Origin: the human T2T-CHM13v2.0 reference genome, Homo sapiens
Reading direction: 5' to 3' (one strand)
Assembly: GCF_009914755.1 (NCBI RefSeq)
Contig: NC_060943.1
Length of the DNA stretch: 64,000 nt
The notes beneath the pieces were generated by a model. It worked only from the letters and a program-made list of their open reading frames with translations. It made no database searches and was not told where the DNA came from. The translations under genes and the position numbers were made by a program. This document shows positions 57,039 to 64,000 of this stretch, one piece after another (within the stretch, counting starts at the first letter, position 1; each line of letters starts with the position of its first letter).

Positions 57039-58561
57039 TGAGGCAGGGTGAGGCCCAGGCGCTCTGGGTCCAGTGGCCAGAGTGGGCCTAGCCACAGGCT
57101 GAGCATCTTGGGCACTCGGCACTGGGACAGGCCGTGGATTGGACGCCGGGTGTCCTGACTCCTAGGCTGACAGTCTTTCCACGACAATGCTGGGCGCACT
57201 GGGGAAGGGGTGCCCTGTGCACTTTTAGCTGGAAGTGACAGAATTCCATACCATGTGGACACAGGAAAGAAAGCACCAATAGGCTTACATAGCTCTAACC
57301 CCAGGAGGTTAAACATCCTTCAGGCACAGCTGGATCCAGGCATGCAGGTGATATTGGAGAGACTTTTCTCCAGCTCTTTGCTCTGCCTTCTTCCATCTTG
57401 GCTTCCTTTCCACCTGCTCAGTGTCCCCAACAAAGGCAGGTCCCAGGCTGGCTCTCATTTAGCTGCTGTGAGCCGCATGCCCATCCCTGGGCCATTCGTA
57501 GCAGCCCAGTGACTGCCACCTTGCCACAGGTCAGGCCTGGACCTGGAATCAGACTCTGTGGTGAGCACGGAGGGAGGGAAGCAAGCACTGCCAGGCAGGA
57601 GCAGCAGCTGCCGTAGAGAGGCTCTCAGCCCAACCCCCTGCCCTGCGGTCCCTGATGGGAAAGGTCACCGCCTGTGTTTCTGCGCCTGCCTGCCCCAGCA
57701 CACGGGAGCTCAGGGAGGAGAGGCTGTGAGATGCCGACAGGGCACGTGAGACATGTCTGTCAGTCCCAGTGGGTCAGGGAGCCCTGGAGTGAGTTCTTCG
57801 TGGGAGTTACTAGAACTGGGCTTACGAGAAACACGAGCATGAGCTGCTGAGACAGACACGGCTCAGCCAGTTTGTTGTTCCCTACACGACCTCCCAGAGC
57901 CTTTGTTGAAGCTCCTGTGCAAGGTCTGTCTCACAGCAGGACACCCCAGACCTCCATACCCCTTGTCCCGTTGATCACTTGGACCTGTGTTTGCTGGGCC
58001 AACCTGCCCAGGTGCCACCCGGAGTGTGCCCTGTGTGTCCCTCCAAACTGCAGGTCCTCCCCGGGGTTCTGTCCAGGACCACTCTACAGACACGAGTCTG
58101 TTGCAGGGGTCTCCCCGGCTTGCCTTCTTCCTTGGGGGCTTCCCACTTTCAGCTTTGAGGCTGAAAACCAAAATCCTTCAGGGTCCTCATGGCCGGGCCA
58201 CCCCCCACCCTTTCCTCTCCTACGGTCTCTCCAGCGGCTTCTCCCGTCCTCGAGAGGGCCAAGGCTTCCTGAGGGCCATCCCGTCTGTGTCGTGTCCCTG
58301 ACTCCCCCAGGAGAGAGCCTGGTTCCCACCCATCCCAGTGCCCTTCTGCCTACTCCATAAGGACAAGGACTTTGGTCAGTTGAACTACAGATGTGTCCTC
58401 TGCATGTGATGTGGTCATGGCCACAGGGCCAGAGAATCCATTGCGAGTAGAGGAAGGGTAGGAGCTCAGTGAAGTCTCCTGAGACTGCATCTCCCATGGG
58501 TGGGCTGGCATCTGGGAGCCGGGTGGCCCCTCACCTCAGCCCCTCCTCCGAGCTGGAGTAG

Positions 58562-59233
<672 letters not shown>

Positions 59234-59709
59234 TGAACCACAAAACTTTTTGAGACAGGGCTGAAGGCAGGTGCACCCACAGTCACTGTCCACCCACCCC
59301 CAGGTCCCTTGTGTTGCGAGCGGCGGTGTTGCCGGCATTGGCCGCTGTGTCTTCCGCTCCCCATGGAATGGCACAGGGTAGAGTAGAGGAGAGAATCCAG
59401 GGCTGTGGTGGTGGTGGCTGTGCTGACGCTGGACGCTGTGGCCTAGCTGTGGGCTGGGTGCTGGACTCTGTGCTCCAGGCCCACCTCCTCTAGTTCTCCC
59501 AGCGGGGCCTGTTTTCATTTCTGGGATGTGTGGAGAGACGTTTTGTGGTGAAACACTGGAAATCCAGTTATTCGCCAGTGGCCCACAGGCCCGTGTGGAG
59601 AGTGCGGAGCCAGGGATCTGGGGATGCTGGCAGGTGCTGATCCTGCTCCTGCTCTCAGAAGCAGGTGTTCCTTGGTGTCCCCACTCTACCCCTGAGGTCA
59701 CCCCGCTGA

Positions 59710-59973
<264 letters not shown>

Positions 59974-61388
59974 TGAGGGTCCTCCAGCCTCCTCCACATT
60001 GTCTTGGACCCCAGGAGCCGGGAGGAGCTGCACCCATATCTCCATAGGTCATCAGGGAGAAAAGAGGCGGGGTCCTCCTGTTTCCCAAAATACAAACAGC
60101 CTTTCCCTCTGATTGGGAAAGCAGTGTATAAGCCATCCGTCGGTTTGGTTTTTCTTAAATCTTGGAATGGCACCCATGAGGAGGTGGAAAGTATCCTGAT
60201 CAATCTGCGCCGTCACTGTGGGGCGGCCCCTGCAGTGTGCCCTGTGAGCACACACACTGGCGCTTGTTCAGACACAATTGGGGGTAAACTCCATGCCACT
60301 TCGTTTACTTCCTCCTCTTGTTCCATAACCATGTACCCCTCATGGGCCTCGGCATCGGTGGATACCAGGTCATGCTGTTACATAGCTACAAGAATTTGAA
60401 AATGAGTTAAACTTTTCTCTGTGTTTCATTATAAGACTGATAAGTTCTTATTGTTTTTAACATGTAAACACCAGTGACAGTCAGGAGTCCCTTTTCCCTT
60501 CCTCTCCAACCGTGCTCTCTTCTGAGCCTCTGCCAGCCCATCTGCCTTCGCACATGTATGTACTGAGATTAACACAGATGCGGCGTGGCCTAGCATGTGC
60601 CTCTTCCACCAAGCAGTGGGTGTCAACCGCCGAGTGCACATCGGAAGCTACCCAGCCATCTAATCGGCCACCAGGCGTCCCGGCAGATGGCCACCCCTGG
60701 ACGTCTGCTCTCAAACTCTGGTTGGCAGGCATCCGTCTTTTCTGTTGATCAGCCTGGTCACCAACCCAGCAGGGTCCCTCTTTCTCTCAGAGTGCTTGTG
60801 CAAACACCCTAGGTCTGCGCAGCCCTCAGACATGGGGTCGCTCCACCCCAGACATTGTCCTCTTCGTGTTCTGGTTGCTACTGCCAAAGTGGTTTCACTC
60901 CTACGCTGGGGTGTGAATGTACCCTGCCCTTCCCTGCAGCGTGAGGGCAGCAGCGTTCTCAGTGTGTAAATTGTCGCTTGTCTGATGGGTGAATGCCGTG
61001 GTGGTCACTGGTGGCCCCTTTTACGATCAGGCTGGGGTGTAGCTTCTGCCCAGACCCTGGTGACCAGCCAGTTTCTTAGGAGGTGGTTGAGTTGTGTGTC
61101 CCCGTTGGCAGGCCGGCAGCAGGCGGAAGCTGCACCTCAGGGCTGGGGGCGCGTTGGGGAGGGCTGGCCCTGCCAGGAAGTGTGCTGACAGGGCAGGAGG
61201 GCTGAGCGGCAGACACAAGGCACTCCTGGTCCCCACCAGCTGTGGCCTCTGCCACCCCATGGGTGCCAGTCTTAAGTTTCAGAGCATCACTGGTACTCAC
61301 CCTGGTCCTGCAGCTCCTGGGCCCAGAGACAGGATTTCGTGTTAGCCTCCTCGTACTGTGCTGGGGTGATGATAAAACTAACAACCCA

Positions 61389-61693
61389 GGCTGGACGCAG
61401 TGGCTCACACCCGAAATCCCAACATTTTGGGAGGCCGAGGTGGGTGGATCAACTGAGGTCAGGAGTTCGAGACCAGCCTGGCCAACATGGCGAAACCCTG
61501 TCTCTACTAAAAATACAAAAATTAGCCAGGCATGGTGGTGCATGCCTGTAGCCCCAGCTACTCAGGAAGCTGAGGCAGAAAAATCGCTTGAACTTCGGGA
61601 GGCAGAGGTTGCAGTGAGCTGAGATCGCACCACTGCACTCCAGCCTGGGCGACAGAGCGAGACTTTGTCTCAAAAAAAAAAAAAAAGAAAAAA
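61389..61693 (+). mobile_element. Alu
   Basis: Alu consensus and A-tail. Confidence 0.9.
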
Positions 61694-62294
61694 AGCCCAT
61701 CCACGGCACCTGCATTGTTGGGAGCTAACTGCACCAGTCACTGGGCCACACTCCTGGTGCTTATTCACTCATTCGAGGTATGCAGTAGCCACGGGTTGGG
61801 CCCCATGTAGGCTGAGGGAGTTTTGAGGCTCACAGAGGTGAGACCTGGTTCCGGTTCTGTGTGCACTGTGAGAGTGGCAGGGCCCACAGCCAAACCAAGC
61901 ACTGCCACAACACGGCCGAGCTTCGGCCCCCTGTTGTAAATGGTGCTCGACTGTGTAGGTCCACGCTGTGGGGAGCTGTGCCGCTGCCACGGGAGCTGCT
62001 TGAGAATATAATCCCCTGGGGGGTTGGTGCTTTCTTCCCGAATATCTGTGGGGTCCCAATAAGGTAGAAGGTGGCACTTCTGGAGGAACGTGATGAGAGT
62101 CCCCTTCCCCCGAGGGACACATGGCGGCCCAGGCTCCACCAGCTCTGTTTTCATGCGGCGGCAGGTCAGGCTGGGCAGAATTGTCAGGCCGAGGGTGGCA
62201 CGCACAGCACACCTCTCCAGCTAGTGTCAGAGGCCACCTTCCCTTTTATGACCTCCTGGGCTCCTTTGGGACTGACTGGCACCTCTTCCCCCAG

Positions 62295-62522
62295 GACCTG
62301 CAAGCGCAGGACCGAGCCCACCGCATCGGGCAGCAGAACGAGGTGCGTGTGCTCCGCCTCTGCACCGTCAACAGCGTGGAGGAGAAGATCCTAGCTGCAG
62401 CCAAGTACAAGCTCAACGTGGACCAGAAGGTGATCCAGGCCGGCATGTTCGACCAGAAGTCCTCCAGCCATGAGCGGCGCGCCTTCCTGCAGGCCATCCT
62501 GGAGCACGAGGAGCAGGATGAG
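62295..62522 (+). CDS. SMARCA4: SMARCA4 exon 26 (motif [13 protein letters not shown] ... EHEEQDE)
   Basis: cccccag| ... GAG|gtgagc; 228 nt. Confidence 0.98.
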
Positions 62523-62735
62523 GTGAGCCCAGCACCGGCCCCGACCCCTCCCCAGCGTGAATGGTGGACGCGTGAGCGGCTTTCATTTTTGTTTTTTTAC
62601 CTTTTTTGCACTCTTATTTTTTTTGCATCCCTTTGGAGTAAAGGGAGTGTGGGCTGAACGGAAAGAGGATGAGTACTTGCTTTTTCTTTGAAGTGGTTTT
62701 TTTTTCTAAACTGCTGGTGAAAGACGCCGGATTGA

Positions 62736-62921
<186 letters not shown>

Positions 62922-62954
62922 TGAGACGGCCAGCAAGGGCCCTGGTCCCACGGA

Positions 62955-62982
62955 GCGTGCGTGTGCGTGTGCGTGTGTGTGC
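62955..62982 (+). repeat. (GY)14 alternating purine-pyrimidine tract in intron 27
   Basis: gcgtgcgtgtgcgtgtgcgtgtgtgtgc. Confidence 0.9.
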
Positions 62983-63127
62983 CTTTCGCTGCCGTGTGGG
63001 TCCCCATCCACCGCAGCCGTGCCGGGACCACCAGCTCATTCCCACGGACGCCGCCGCTCGCCTCTGAGCTCGGCCGCCGCCCACCCCGGCCCCTCCTCAG
63101 CGGCACTGACAGTTTGCAATCTTATAG

Positions 63128-63277
<150 letters not shown>

Positions 63278-63888
63278 TAGTGCCCATGGTGGTATCCCTA
63301 GCAGGTCAGGGAGCCAGGGACAGCTCACAGTGCAGCCCACTCCCACCTCCAGACTGACCCGTCTTCCACCCCCAGTCTCCTGAGGATGGCATCGGAGGGC
63401 GAGATGCACACCCAGCCTTCTGCATGTGACCCGAGACCTGCCCCACCAGCTCTGTTTTCTAACGGGCTCTCCAGGGCTTCATGCACTCCCTTTCAGAGGG
63501 AGTTCGCCCTATCCAAGGCCAAGGGACTGACCAGGCCTTCAGTCGCAGAGCCCCCTTGCCCCTGGGTGGGAAACAGGAAATAAGCCACCCAAGCAGGGGC
63601 CCCTTGGCCCGCAGGCCTCATGCCTCCACCAACGCTGGGCCACGCAGCTGCTGCCCCCCTGCTGGGGTCTGCAGCCCTCTTGTGCAACCTTCCATCTTTT
63701 CGAGTTTCCTCTGCCTCCTGAGGCAGAGCCTCTAGTCAGGGTCTGACGGAGCCAGGCCAGGTCAGCCACTGAAAAATCGAGAGCTACTGTTTAACTCTCG
63801 CAGCAGCGTGGAGCCCCACGGGCAGAGAAAGGCCCTTCTGAACTCTCGGTGTTCTGGCTCTAGCGTGCCCCTGGTGCCTGCATGCTGA

Positions 63889-64000
<112 letters not shown>

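Overview
Human (primate) genomic DNA covering most of SMARCA4 (BRG1, the SNF2-family ATPase of SWI/SNF/BAF complexes) on the + strand. The window starts inside intron 1; exon 1 and the promoter lie upstream. It contains coding exons 2-28 and the start of exon 29. I traced every exon by hand: all have AG/GT boundaries and join into one uninterrupted frame from ATG 13159. That frame runs through the Pro/Gly-rich N-terminus, QLQ, HSA, K9 tract, BRK, helicase motifs I-VI and the start of SnAC. Introns are very Alu-rich, with older L1/L2/MIR/MaLR fragments and one full-length 7SL retrocopy. Nearly all non-exonic ORFs in the supplied track are Alu or GC-rich artefacts. I found no prokaryote-type system. 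The most interesting signals concern RNA processing and are all inferences that need expression data. (1) An Alu-derived 5'UTR cassette exon whose strong-Kozak uORF would stop 2 nt before the BRG1 start codon. (2) A second candidate 5'UTR exon with a perfect TACTAAC branch point and a uORF. (3) A candidate in-frame 15-nt microexon (RVFCV) in the ATPase domain. (4) A frame-preserving exon 12-13 unit bracketed by inverted Alus. (5) A diverged direct repeat bracketing exon 2. (6) Three ancient non-canonical 7SL-derived dimers. Repeat boundaries and subfamily calls are by eye and approximate.
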